A stretch of DNA of 64,000 nt from Candidatus Latescibacterota bacterium. GTDB lineage: Bacteria > Latescibacterota > UBA2968. This document shows positions 39,881 to 49,557 of this stretch, piece by piece (the first letter of the stretch is position 1; the number at the start of each line of letters is the position of its first letter). The stretch is taken from NCBI GenBank assembly GCA_965204375.1, contig OZ241986.1, positions 5,632,001 through 5,696,000 of the forward strand, in the 5' to 3' direction. The position numbers were made by a program, and so were the translations under genes. The notes below the pieces were generated by a model. It was not told the DNA's origin. It made no database searches and was given only the letters and a program-made list of their open reading frames with translations.

Positions 39881-42226
39881 ATGGCAGACCGAAAAACTGT
39901 TTTGATGCAGGCGATGCGCGGTGAGATAACTGTTGATGAGGCAGCCGATCAATTGGGTATTTCGCGCGGGTCGTTTCGGGATTTTCAACGGCGGTTTTTG
40001 CACCAAAAATTGCCCGGGACGGAGGAGATGGTAAAAGCACCGGTAGATCAGCCGGTGACGGTGTTGCGCGACCGGTGGGGCGTGGCGCATATCGAGGCGG
40101 CTTCGATGGCGGATTGTTTTACTGCGCTGGGATATGCAATGGCGCAGGATCGGTTGTGGCAGATGGATTATATGCGGCGGTTGGCACACGGGCAATTGTC
40201 GGAGATTTTAGGAGCGGATTACCTGGCGCAGGATCGCTTGCATCGAACGATTGGTTTGACGCGCGCGGCACAGGGGGCAGCTTCGGCGATGTCGGATGAG
40301 GTGAAGATGGTGTTGCAGTCGCTGGGCAGCGGTGTCAATGCGTGGATGGAAGCGATGGGGGATCGGCGTTGTGTTGAGTTTGATTTGCTGGATTACGATC
40401 CCGCGCCGTGGACGGTGGTGGATTCGATTGCGATATGGAAATGGCGGTGGTGGATGCTGACGGGACGACTGAGTGGGGTTGCGGTGAATGAGGCGGCCAA
40501 ACGCCATTTGTCTCCCGATTTGTTCGATTTGTTTTTGACGACAGAGGCTTCAGAAGAGACCATTGTTCCGTCTGATGAACCGGCCGGTGTGGGGGGATAT
40601 GATACGGGGATTGGTAGCAATAACTGGGTGATTGGGGGCGAGCGGACGGCGAATGGCAAACCCGTGCTGGCAACGGATCCGCACAATGATGTGAGTTTGT
40701 GCAGGCAGTGGTATCAGGCACAGGTGCGTGCACCGGGTATGGATGCTGTGGGTGCGTTTTTTTTGGGGACGCCGGGTATTTATCTGGGACATACGCGCGA
40801 TACGGCGTGGGGCGTGACCAATCACTCGGCTTCGGTGCGCGATTTGTATGTTGAAGATGTGTCGGAGGAGGATGAGAGTTTGTACCGGGATGGGGATGCA
40901 TGGCGTCCGTTTGAGGTGGAGGAGCAGGCGATTTCCGTGCGCGATGCCGCAGCGGATGTGCTGGTGATTCGCCGGTCCCGTCGCGGTCCAGTTGTCAATG
41001 AGTTTGTGCCTGCTGTAGGGGATGGGGAGCAACCCGTGCTGTCTATGCGCTGGATAGGGGCTGAGGCGACAACGGGATTTGAGGCGATGCTGGAGCTGAT
41101 GCGGTCAAAAAATGTCGCGCAGGTTCTGGATGCGCTCGCCAAATGGCCGATGCCTATTTTGAATTTTGTGTTTGCCGATTCCGATGGAAGGCTTGGATAT
41201 CACGTGGTTGGGCATGTGCCAACGCGCAAGGTGGGGGATTTTGGTTTTCGTCAGGCAAATGATCCGGATCACGAATGGGGCGCGCCACACGCTTTTGACG
41301 AGTTGCCGCATCTGGTGGATCCCGAGCGCAATTGGGTGGCGACTGCAAATAATCCACCGTGGGGTGGTCGGGGTCCTTATCTGTCGCTGGGTTCATGGTC
41401 GGAGGGGTATCGGTTTCGGCGGATTGTGGCGCGTATTGAGGAGTTGGAGACACATACGCAGGAGAGTACGGGTGCTATTCACGCCGATGTTGTACACGGG
41501 CGGGGGGAAGATCTGGCGCCGATTGTTGCAGGGATTGCGCTGAGAGCGGGAAATAAGCGCTTGCGCGATCTGGGTGAGTTATTGCGCGGCTGGGATGGCG
41601 CGTATTCGGTTGATTCGATTGCCGCTACGGTGTTTACGGCATTTTGGGAGCATTGGGTGCGGCGGGTGGTGCGGGTTCGATTTCCCGAGCAGGTGGCTCA
41701 ACTGGTGGTGGGGCGAGGTGGCAGTGTGGCGCGGCAGGTGTTGACGGGTCAGGCGTTGGATTGGACGCCGGATGATTGGGATCTGGATCGGGAGGTGCAG
41801 GCGGCATTGGGCGATGCGCTGGATTGGTTGCGCCGACGCGTGGGTCCGCGCAGATCGCAGTGGCGCTGGGGGCGTTTGCACACTGTGACTTTTCGGCATC
41901 CATTGAGTGATGGTGGGGCGTTGTCAAAGATGTTTGATGTGGGGCCTTTTGAGTCGTCGGGGAGTACGGGTACTGTGCGTGCAACGGGGTATAATTTTGG
42001 CAAGCTGTTTGAGGTTGGTTCGCTTTCGACCTATCGGATGGTGGTGGATATGAGCAATCCGGCGCAGAGTATGGCGACGGCGGCTGGCGGACAGTCGGGA
42101 CATCCACTCAGTCCGAATTATCGCACGCAGTCCGAATTGTGGGCCGCCGATGAGTACCATCCCCTGTTGATGGATTGGGAAGATATAGTGGGGAATTTAC
42201 AGAGCAGGTTGGAGTTGAATCCTTAA
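39881..42226 (+). CDS. Penicillin acylase family Ntn-hydrolase with an HTH-like N-terminal extension
   Basis: RDRWGVAHI, AQDRLWQMD, GSNNW (autoprocessing Ser) and GGQSGHP motifs. Confidence 0.92.
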   Translation: MADRKTVLMQAMRGEITVDEAADQLGISRGSFRDFQRRFLHQKLPGTEEMVKAPVDQPVTVLRDRWGVAHIEAASMADCFTALGYAMAQDRLWQMDYMRRLAHGQLSEILGADYLAQDRLHRTIGLTRAAQGAASAMSDEVKMVLQSLGSGVNAWMEAMGDRRCVEFDLLDYDPAPWTVVDSIAIWKWRWWMLTGRLSGVAVNEAAKRHLSPDLFDLFLTTEASEETIVPSDEPAGVGGYDTGIGSNNWVIGGERTANGKPVLATDPHNDVSLCRQWYQAQVRAPGMDAVGAFFLGTPGIYLGHTRDTAWGVTNHSASVRDLYVEDVSEEDESLYRDGDAWRPFEVEEQAISVRDAAADVLVIRRSRRGPVVNEFVPAVGDGEQPVLSMRWIGAEATTGFEAMLELMRSKNVAQVLDALAKWPMPILNFVFADSDGRLGYHVVGHVPTRKVGDFGFRQANDPDHEWGAPHAFDELPHLVDPERNWVATANNPPWGGRGPYLSLGSWSEGYRFRRIVARIEELETHTQESTGAIHADVVHGRGEDLAPIVAGIALRAGNKRLRDLGELLRGWDGAYSVDSIAATVFTAFWEHWVRRVVRVRFPEQVAQLVVGRGGSVARQVLTGQALDWTPDDWDLDREVQAALGDALDWLRRRVGPRRSQWRWGRLHTVTFRHPLSDGGALSKMFDVGPFESSGSTGTVRATGYNFGKLFEVGSLSTYRMVVDMSNPAQSMATAAGGQSGHPLSPNYRTQSELWAADEYHPLLMDWEDIVGNLQSRLELNP

Positions 42227-42247
42227 AATATATCGGAATGCATTCTT

Positions 42248-43011
42248 ATGGTTACGCTTCCTGAAATTTTGGCCTCTGAAATAGACGAAATTGCCGAATA
42301 TTTGACCAATCTATTTGGTAATGCAGCCAATTGAGTAAACACTTATTTCAGTCCAGAAAGGTTGGTCAAGCAGCCCCGTAATATTGAACCTCTCCCTGAG
42401 GAAAGAAGACAACTATCCAGCTATCGAACTCGTATAGGAACTATGCTGGAGTATGCGTTGAGTACGGAGGCAGTGCATTTGCTCAAAGAGAGATATGATG
42501 ATCAGTACTTTTTGACATTTTCTGTCGCACATGAATACCCTGATTTCTATTTCGCGATCAGGCATTGTCTATTTTGTTGCGGATAGAAATGAAAGCGGTT
42601 GACGCTGACTCTGATGAACAGGCGGCACGCTTCAGTACGCCAACGGTACAGATCAATTCTGAAGAAGATTTACTTTTGCTAATAGGTTGGGAGTGGCGGA
42701 GTTTAATACGAAGGGAAAAAATAATCGGTGAATACCCTCACATTTTTGCCTGCTGCATCATTCCTGCTGGTGAAATTGCACAGGAGCGTGATATTCGGTT
42801 AGAAAAAACGGATGGTAAAATTGAAGGTGAGCAAGTATATGTTTATAGCACCCAAAAAAGAGAATATGTACCTGATCCGGGAAATTATGGAAAGTTATGG
42901 AGAATTATTCACACATCGCGTCGGGATCCGGATATATTGAGCAAATCTATGAAGGATTTTTTGCAATTTCTAAAAGAAATTGATGATCGTTCAAATAGAA
43001 ATCGCCTTTGA
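42248..43011 (+). pseudogene. Disrupted PD-(D/E)xK restriction endonuclease
   Basis: ATG 42248, in-frame TGA at 42332, frameshift near 42551 between YPDF and IEMK; low GC; convergent with a DNA methyltransferase. Confidence 0.7.
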
Positions 43012-43023
43012 AACGGATCTGAT

Positions 43024-45300
43024 TCAATTTTTATTCGGACACAGGTTCTCTCGAATATGCGCTTCTGCTGTTTTGAGCGTTTCCTCGCCTTCCTCTAAAA
43101 TCATTCTGCTTCTTTCGCGGCAATTGATAAAATGTTTCCAGGCCATTTTGTATGTTGCGACAATTTCGTGTTGAACAGATAAAGGGGGAAGTGGAATTTT
43201 CAGGCTCAGAATAGCAGATTGATTGACGCGAGGTCTTCCAACGCCAGTAATTTGATATACAATTTGACCAAAAATAATATCACTTCGCAATAAGAAGGCG
43301 AGGTATTCTTTGTCAATTTGCCATTTTGTTTTTGGCAATATTTTTGAGGCTTCTTCTCCTAAGTCTGGATCGTCTATCGCGCTTTCAAGAGTGCAAAATA
43401 TCAAGCATTCGGAAGAAGCAAATCCTTCATTTTCATCATCTCGAATTAGAACGCATTTACGCAATTCAGGCCGCAATTTGGAAAAAAGGATATCTCCCTC
43501 ACGGTACAGGCGGACATTACTTTTTATTTGTCTTCCCAGCATTTGAGACACTGTATATTCTCCTTTATCCGGAACTATGTTCGCAAGCCCGACATAGTTC
43601 CAAATTTCGTCGGGGTCTTGCTTGGCGGGAATGGCTGTTATATTACGCGTAATGACAAGCTCTGCTAATTTGGGTGTGGGATAAATAGAACGGTTGAGTA
43701 TTTCTTCCGCAATTTTACGAGAAGGATGGTGAAATGGAACATCTAGCCTGATTCCTTGCTCCGTATTTTTAAATTGATCGGGAGAACATATAAATATCTT
43801 TGGAGCTAAATGCGTAAGTGCCTGTTCTCCATGTGCGAGATAGTTGATCCAATTTTTCAAAATAAAGGGCAGTTCATCCTGCATCTCAGGTTGTCCGTTA
43901 TCATCTCGATGTTCTGCATATAGTGGGTCTCCATTGGATTTCCGTCCCACATGCTCTGCGTGTGCCATAAAAATAGGAGGCTGAGGTTCATTGACATCCT
44001 GTTTTTTATGCAAAAAAAGTATGGATGCTTTTGCTGTTGCATATGGCATGAACGTCACATCTGGCAAACTTACTACTGCCTCAATAATAGATTGATGCAA
44101 GATTAACTGACGTACATCCGTATTGGTTTTGCCATTTAGAATACTGTCATCAATAACAATGCCCAGTCGTCCGCCAGGTTTCAGCCAATTCAGACAGCGT
44201 TCAATAAAAAGAGCACCTCTACGTCTGGAAGTTTTATTTTTTCCAAGCTCGTACTGAGATAGAGAAGTTAGATCGGAAAAATCACTTCCAAAAGGCGGAT
44301 TGGTTAAAATCAAATCTATGCTGTTGGGTGGGACAATTTCGTTTAAATGATCTGAAAAAGCGAGTGACCCACCATCCCTGAGATGATAAATCGTTCCTCG
44401 CCCATCTCCATGCATGAGAAGGTTCATTTGTGCAGTCCAGGCCATTCTTCTGTCAATTTCCAGCCCAATCAATTGGGAATTATTCTCTCTATGCTTTCTC
44501 ATGTAGGAAGTGGTTTCAATGAGAAAACCACCGCTTCCGCAGGCAGGATCACAGATTACTTGATCCGGACGAGGTTTCATAAATTCAACCATGAAGTGGA
44601 CAACTTGACGGGGAGTAAAGAATTGTTGATTGTCGGATTTATCAAAGGTGTTCCGAATCAATTCTTCATATACAACTCCTTTTATATCCTCTGAAAGGTT
44701 ATAAAGCTGTATGTCTTGTAACAATTCAACTACTGTCACAATAGCCTTTTTGTCATCACTCAATTCTCGGTGTCCATTAGTGAACACATCGGGTAGTTTT
44801 TCAATGGCTTGACGGTAAAGCAAGGTTATTCTTTCATAGGTTTCCGCAATAGATTCTCCTGGAATCTGCAAGAAAGATGTCGTATTGCGATTGGATGATA
44901 AACTTTTTCGTTCATCATAAAGTTTACAGTACAACAATTTAGAAATTTCTTCAAAGCGTTCTAGCAAACCGCCCCCCATAGAGTCTCGAAAAGCACTGCT
45001 CATTTGGCGAATCAGCAGGCGAAAGGCACGGATATCTAACTGTGGGGGTGTAGGGGAAATGGGGAAAAGCGTAGGTTGAATGACTGATGGGGTAACTGTT
45101 GGCATTCGAGTTTGATAGACCGTTCCTTGTTCACGCACAAGTTCCATCATTCGGTCCAGTGAATAAAGACGATAGCCATTTATTGGATGCCGTTCAGCGA
45201 TGAGTTTTCCCGATTTATCCCAATTGCGGAGGGTCGTAGAAGTAACGCCAAGAAGCTTCGCCGCTTCTTTTATTGTGAAGTATTCTGATTGTTTATTCAT
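43024..45300 (-). CDS. N6-adenine DNA methyltransferase with N-terminal MerR-like HTH and C-terminal target-recognition (HsdS-like) region
   Basis: TIKEAAKLLGVTSTTLRNWD..GYRLY; QFFTPR, DPACGSGGF and NPPF motifs; GDILFSKLRP and LKIPLPPLSVQ. Confidence 0.9.
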   Translation of the reverse strand: MNKQSEYFTIKEAAKLLGVTSTTLRNWDKSGKLIAERHPINGYRLYSLDRMMELVREQGTVYQTRMPTVTPSVIQPTLFPISPTPPQLDIRAFRLLIRQMSSAFRDSMGGGLLERFEEISKLLYCKLYDERKSLSSNRNTTSFLQIPGESIAETYERITLLYRQAIEKLPDVFTNGHRELSDDKKAIVTVVELLQDIQLYNLSEDIKGVVYEELIRNTFDKSDNQQFFTPRQVVHFMVEFMKPRPDQVICDPACGSGGFLIETTSYMRKHRENNSQLIGLEIDRRMAWTAQMNLLMHGDGRGTIYHLRDGGSLAFSDHLNEIVPPNSIDLILTNPPFGSDFSDLTSLSQYELGKNKTSRRRGALFIERCLNWLKPGGRLGIVIDDSILNGKTNTDVRQLILHQSIIEAVVSLPDVTFMPYATAKASILFLHKKQDVNEPQPPIFMAHAEHVGRKSNGDPLYAEHRDDNGQPEMQDELPFILKNWINYLAHGEQALTHLAPKIFICSPDQFKNTEQGIRLDVPFHHPSRKIAEEILNRSIYPTPKLAELVITRNITAIPAKQDPDEIWNYVGLANIVPDKGEYTVSQMLGRQIKSNVRLYREGDILFSKLRPELRKCVLIRDDENEGFASSECLIFCTLESAIDDPDLGEEASKILPKTKWQIDKEYLAFLLRSDIIFGQIVYQITGVGRPRVNQSAILSLKIPLPPLSVQHEIVATYKMAWKHFINCRERSRMILEEGEETLKTAEAHIRENLCPNKN

Positions 45301-45455
45301 AGAAAAATCTTTTAGTGTTTTGTAAGGTTTGAACATTATAAAAATGATGTTTGTTTAGTATAGCGTATTTTATACGAGTGTCAAGCAAATTTACCGAGTT
45401 TTTTAATTCCGGCGTAACTATTTAGGTCATTTGAATGATGAAGAAAAAAGATGCT

Positions 45456-45509
45456 GTAGGAGCGGCATCCTTGCCGCGATTAAGGCCGGGAAAGGGATTT
45501 CCCTCCTAC
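45456..45509. repeat. GTAG-type REP-like inverted doublet
   Basis: GTAGGAGCGGCATCCTTGCCGCG paired with ...GGGATTTCCCTCCTAC. Confidence 0.6.
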
Positions 45510-45709
45510 GCGACCGCAAGAACCTAAATAATTACATTCCGGCTTTGTCCAGAAATGGACTATGCTCTGAAAATGATCCTTTATATGGCACGGTATTTGC
45601 AGAAGTGACATAGTGCCAAATATGAGTCGTTTTTTGGTCATTTTGAGATCGTTTTTTTCAATCAGAAGGACAATTTTTTCACTCACACACTGTGGAGGAG
45701 TTTTGAGAT

Positions 45710-46798
45710 ATGAAATTGACGCTTTCAATTCCGCGTTCTCGTCCGGCGCATCTGGCGAGTTTTTCCGCTCCAGAGGGATGTGAGGCGCCGCTGTTGCAGT
45801 TGAAGGGGAGAGGTGAGGTGCTGATTGCCGAACGCGATCCTTCTGCGCCTGTTTATCACGTGAATCTGCCCGCGCTGGCCGGGGGTGAGGAAGCGAGTTT
45901 TGAGGTGTTGGCATTGGATAGTGCAGATGCGGCTGCGGGGATTTCGTCGCGCGATGCCGATGGGAAACTCAGTGTTTCTCTGGCGAGTTCGCCATTTATG
46001 ACGTTTCACCATACGACGGATTATCCCAAGCCGGTTATCAATCCGATTTTGACGCCGAATGGGACCAATATGTTGCGCGAGCCGATGGCGGCGTGGGGGG
46101 AGGGTGAACACCCCTGGCAGCGGGGGTTGACCTTGATGCAGGGGGCTATAAATGGGGTGGATTGCTGGAATGAGCGGCCCAACCAACCGGGATATGGGCG
46201 CACGGCGCAGGATGATATTTCTATTTCGCACAATCCATTGTCTCTTGTGATCGCTTCTGAAAATACGTGGTATGAAGGCGACCGCGCGCTGATGAGTGAT
46301 AGTCGTTTGTATCGATTGTACGATTCGGGGCGGGATGCCGCGGTTCTGGATATTGCGCTGACGCTCAAGGCTTCTCACGGTGCGGTGACAATTGGGGATA
46401 CGAAGGAGGGTGGATTTTTGTGCATTCGCGTGAATCCGTCGATGAATGCCAATGCCGATGGAGAGATGCGCAATGCCTATGGTGCGACGGATGAGACGGG
46501 GTGCTGGTCGTTGCCTTCTCACTGGATGGATTACTACGGTCCGGTGGGCGATGAGGTGGCCGGGTTTGCCATTTTTGATCATCCGCAGAATTTCCGATAT
46601 CCTACCACATGGCATGTGCGCGGTTATGGTTTGTTTGCGCCCAATTGCTGGATGTTCAAGCCAGACCACCTTATGCCCGATGGCGAGTCTATGACGTTTC
46701 GCTGGCGCGTGATTGTGCATACGGGGGATACGGCGCAGGCCGATATTGCAAATCGCTTTTTGGATTATGTGGATGGGTCGCGTGTGGTATGGGAATAG
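45710..46798 (+). CDS. PmoA-like (PF14100/DUF6807-type) protein, not methane monooxygenase
   Basis: HPWQRG, DTKEGG and FDHPQN..PTTWHVRGYGLFAPN motifs. Confidence 0.75.
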   Translation: MKLTLSIPRSRPAHLASFSAPEGCEAPLLQLKGRGEVLIAERDPSAPVYHVNLPALAGGEEASFEVLALDSADAAAGISSRDADGKLSVSLASSPFMTFHHTTDYPKPVINPILTPNGTNMLREPMAAWGEGEHPWQRGLTLMQGAINGVDCWNERPNQPGYGRTAQDDISISHNPLSLVIASENTWYEGDRALMSDSRLYRLYDSGRDAAVLDIALTLKASHGAVTIGDTKEGGFLCIRVNPSMNANADGEMRNAYGATDETGCWSLPSHWMDYYGPVGDEVAGFAIFDHPQNFRYPTTWHVRGYGLFAPNCWMFKPDHLMPDGESMTFRWRVIVHTGDTAQADIANRFLDYVDGSRVVWE

Positions 46799-46822
46799 AA
46801 AGGTTTGGGGAATTTAAAAAAA

Positions 46823-47233
46823 TTAAGAACTGTGGAGGAAGTTTGCGATTTTGTCTCGTATTTCATCGCGCACTTTGCGAAATACGCGCAGGCGCTCTTC
46901 TTCTGTGCCCTGGGCATCGGCGGGGTCTTCAAAGGGCCAATGTCGCGTGTTTTTGGCTCCGGGGAAGATCGGACAATTTTCTTTGGCGTTGTCGCAAACG
47001 GTGATGACGAGGTCAAAATCTCGATTGAGATATTGATCGATGCTGTCGGATGTGTGGTGGGATATGTCGATGCCGATTTCACGCATGGCGCGAATGGCGA
47101 GTGGGTTGACTGTTGTGGGGCTGACGCCTGCGCTATGGGCGTCATAGGTGCCATTGCTCAGATGGCGAAATAGCCCTTGCGCCATCTGGCTGCGGCAGGA
47201 GTTGCCCGTGCAGAGGATGAGTACGCGGTTCAT
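46823..47233 (-). CDS. arsC: Arsenate reductase (thioredoxin-dependent, LMW-PTP fold)
   Basis: CTGNSCRSQMA, TVCD...CP and HWPFEDP motifs. Confidence 0.92.
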   Translation of the reverse strand: MNRVLILCTGNSCRSQMAQGLFRHLSNGTYDAHSAGVSPTTVNPLAIRAMREIGIDISHHTSDSIDQYLNRDFDLVITVCDNAKENCPIFPGAKNTRHWPFEDPADAQGTEEERLRVFRKVRDEIRDKIANFLHSS

Positions 47234-47250
47234 GGGATGGCTTTCATGGA

Positions 47251-47964
47251 TTAACAACAGCCTTTGACGTCGGTGCCGGGGTCGGAATGGCAGCGGATAA
47301 ATTCGTAAAAAAACGCGCCTGCGGTTGCGCCGAGAATGGGGCCGAATACGTAAGCGGGAAAATGGGTCCAATCACCAGCGGCCAGAGCGGGTCCAAGGCT
47401 GCGCGCCGGGTTCATGGAGGCGCCGCATAGTGGACCGGCAAACATGGCTTCAAACCAGATGGTGCCGCCAATGGCAAGGCCAGCGGCTTGACCCGTGGCG
47501 CGGTAGTCTGTGGCTACGGCCATGATGACGACCATTAAGAAGAAAGTTAGCAAAAATTCCCAGATAAAAGCTGTGGCAAACAAATTATCCATCGGTTGTG
47601 TAACACCCAGGTTGAGGGTTTGATCGGGGTGTTTTGCTTTTAAGATGGGTGCGAGAGACCAGAGGTGAATGCCGCTGGCGGCAATGGCTCCGAGACATTG
47701 CGCTGCGATGTAGGGCAGGATTTCGCGTTTGGGAAAGTGGCGGGTGAAGGCGAAGGCAGTGGTGACGGCGGGGTTGAAGTGCGCGCCCGATATGTGTCCG
47801 GTGGCATAGACCATTGTCATGACGATGAGGCCAAAGGACGTTGCTATGCCCACGTGGGTGATGGCGCCTTCGGATAGCTGGTTGATGGCGACGGCTCCGC
47901 ATCCGCCAAAGACGATGGCAAATGCGCCGATGAATTCGGCACCACATTTTTTGAGGAGGTTCAT
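47251..47964 (-). CDS. MIP/aquaporin family channel (likely arsenite-conducting)
   Basis: SGAHFNPAVT and ASMNPARS motifs; C-terminal GCC; adjacent to arsC. Confidence 0.9.
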   Translation of the reverse strand: MNLLKKCGAEFIGAFAIVFGGCGAVAINQLSEGAITHVGIATSFGLIVMTMVYATGHISGAHFNPAVTTAFAFTRHFPKREILPYIAAQCLGAIAASGIHLWSLAPILKAKHPDQTLNLGVTQPMDNLFATAFIWEFLLTFFLMVVIMAVATDYRATGQAAGLAIGGTIWFEAMFAGPLCGASMNPARSLGPALAAGDWTHFPAYVFGPILGATAGAFFYEFIRCHSDPGTDVKGCC

Positions 47965-49556
47965 GGCGTCCATTTCTGGATGTCGGCGAGGATTTTTTCG
48001 GCATCGGGGTGCTCGGGTTGCAGGCGCAGCGCGGTTTGCAATTGCTGGACAGCGAGGTCAAAGCGCTGGTGCTCGGCATGGAGATAGCCCAGGCGTATGT
48101 GTGATGGGACGTGGACAGGGCTGATGGCGATTGCACGCATGTATCCGTTAATTGCGCGTTCATTTTCTCCTTTTTGGCGGTCGATTTCGGCCATTTGAAA
48201 ATGCGGTCGGTGGTCATCTGAGGTGCGTTCGGCGTATTTCTGAAAGGCTTCATAGGCGCTGTCTGTCTGCGCGGTTGCGAGATAGCTCAGGCCCAGGTGA
48301 TAGCGCGGAATGACGTAATTGGGTTCGACTTCGATGGCTTTTGAAAAGGCTTTGATCGCCGCGTCATGGCGTTCGAGCAGGTGGAGTATGGTGCCGAGGC
48401 GAAAATGGACGCGGGTGAATTGGGTGTTGTGCGCTGCGGCTTTTTGGAGGTGGTCAACGGCTTGTTCGTGATTTCCTTTTCGGTGTGCGATCATGCCGAG
48501 TTTGAAATGCGCATCGGCGAGTGTGGAATCGCGTTGTAGGGCTTGCTGGTAGTATTTTGTGGCTTCGTCGATGCGGTCGAGTTCGTTATAGGCATTGGCC
48601 AATTCATAACAGGCAATGGGATCATTCGGATTGGCCTGGATGGCCTGGCGAAGTTGGGCAGTGATTGTTTCAAAGGTTTGGGCGTATTGATTGAAGAACA
48701 TGCCGGATAAGGCTGCCTGAATATCGGGGTTTATGGGCGACTGCTGGATGGCTTGTTCGAGTTCGCTCATGGCTTCTTCTGTGTGTCCGCGTTTTTTGAG
48801 GATCAAGGCCAGGCGATAGCGTGCAACAACGTGTTCAAAGTCGATTTTGAGGGCGTTGCGATAGGCATTTTCCGCTTCTGTTATTTTGTCGCGCGTTTCG
48901 TAGATGCGCCCGAGATAATAGTGGGGCATCGCGCTTTTGGAATCGCGTTGGACGGCGCGTTTGAGACTGCCTTCGGCTTGTGTGAGCAGAGCGTCGTCAA
49001 TGGGAGATTGTCGCAGTGCCCGATACAGTGCCATCATGCTTTCGGTTGCGATGCGGAGTGCTTCTGCATCGTGAAACATGGGCATTTGCAGACGGGTTTT
49101 TTCATGGGGTGTCAGGGTCACGTTTAACTGAGCTGGAATGGCGTAGAGCACTGGCAAGATGGCGTCGAGCGGTGCAGAGACGGATGCCTGCCCCGTAAAG
49201 GTTTCGATGACTTCGCCCGTGGTCGTATGAAGCATGTCGGTTTCGATTTGGATGCGCGATCCCATAATGTGATAACGCCCGCTTAAAATCAGGTGGATGT
49301 CCAATTTTTTTGCGAGATCAGAGGAGCTTACCGGCGTGTCTCCGAGTTTGTGGCGCAGATATTCTTCGTCAACGGCATGTATTTTCGGTACATGGTAATA
49401 GGCGTTGACATATCCTTCGACAATGGCTGCGGAGAGCCAATTCCACTGCGGGTCGCCCAATGTGTTTTCATGGGGCAATACGGCGATGTTCCATTGGGCG
49501 TAGATGGGCGCGTGGATCAGGGTGATGAGCATGCTGAGTTTGAGGAGTTTTTTCAT
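47961..49556 (-). CDS. Secreted TPR protein with an N-terminal TolB-N/FlgO-like domain
   Basis: Signal peptide, IAVLPHEN...WL motif, roughly 9-10 TPRs. Confidence 0.8.
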   Translation of the reverse strand: MKKLLKLSMLITLIHAPIYAQWNIAVLPHENTLGDPQWNWLSAAIVEGYVNAYYHVPKIHAVDEEYLRHKLGDTPVSSSDLAKKLDIHLILSGRYHIMGSRIQIETDMLHTTTGEVIETFTGQASVSAPLDAILPVLYAIPAQLNVTLTPHEKTRLQMPMFHDAEALRIATESMMALYRALRQSPIDDALLTQAEGSLKRAVQRDSKSAMPHYYLGRIYETRDKITEAENAYRNALKIDFEHVVARYRLALILKKRGHTEEAMSELEQAIQQSPINPDIQAALSGMFFNQYAQTFETITAQLRQAIQANPNDPIACYELANAYNELDRIDEATKYYQQALQRDSTLADAHFKLGMIAHRKGNHEQAVDHLQKAAAHNTQFTRVHFRLGTILHLLERHDAAIKAFSKAIEVEPNYVIPRYHLGLSYLATAQTDSAYEAFQKYAERTSDDHRPHFQMAEIDRQKGENERAINGYMRAIAISPVHVPSHIRLGYLHAEHQRFDLAVQQLQTALRLQPEHPDAEKILADIQKWTP

Positions 49557-49557
49557 G

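Noticed and set aside
42332-42334. In-frame TGA in the endonuclease as a third selenocysteine
   Set aside because: No redox or Cys-motif context, no evident downstream hairpin, and the same gene also has a frameshift; a nonsense mutation explains it better.
42227-45460. R-M island as a defined mobile element (prophage, ICE or transposon)
   Set aside because: No integrase, transposase, tRNA target or flanking direct repeats were found by eye; only the compositional shift supports foreign origin.
45710-46798. PmoA label taken as evidence of methane or ammonia oxidation alongside the HAO-like genes
   Set aside because: The protein is soluble and of the PF14100-like type, without the TM helices of true PmoA/AmoA; no pmoB/pmoC or amoB/amoC is present.
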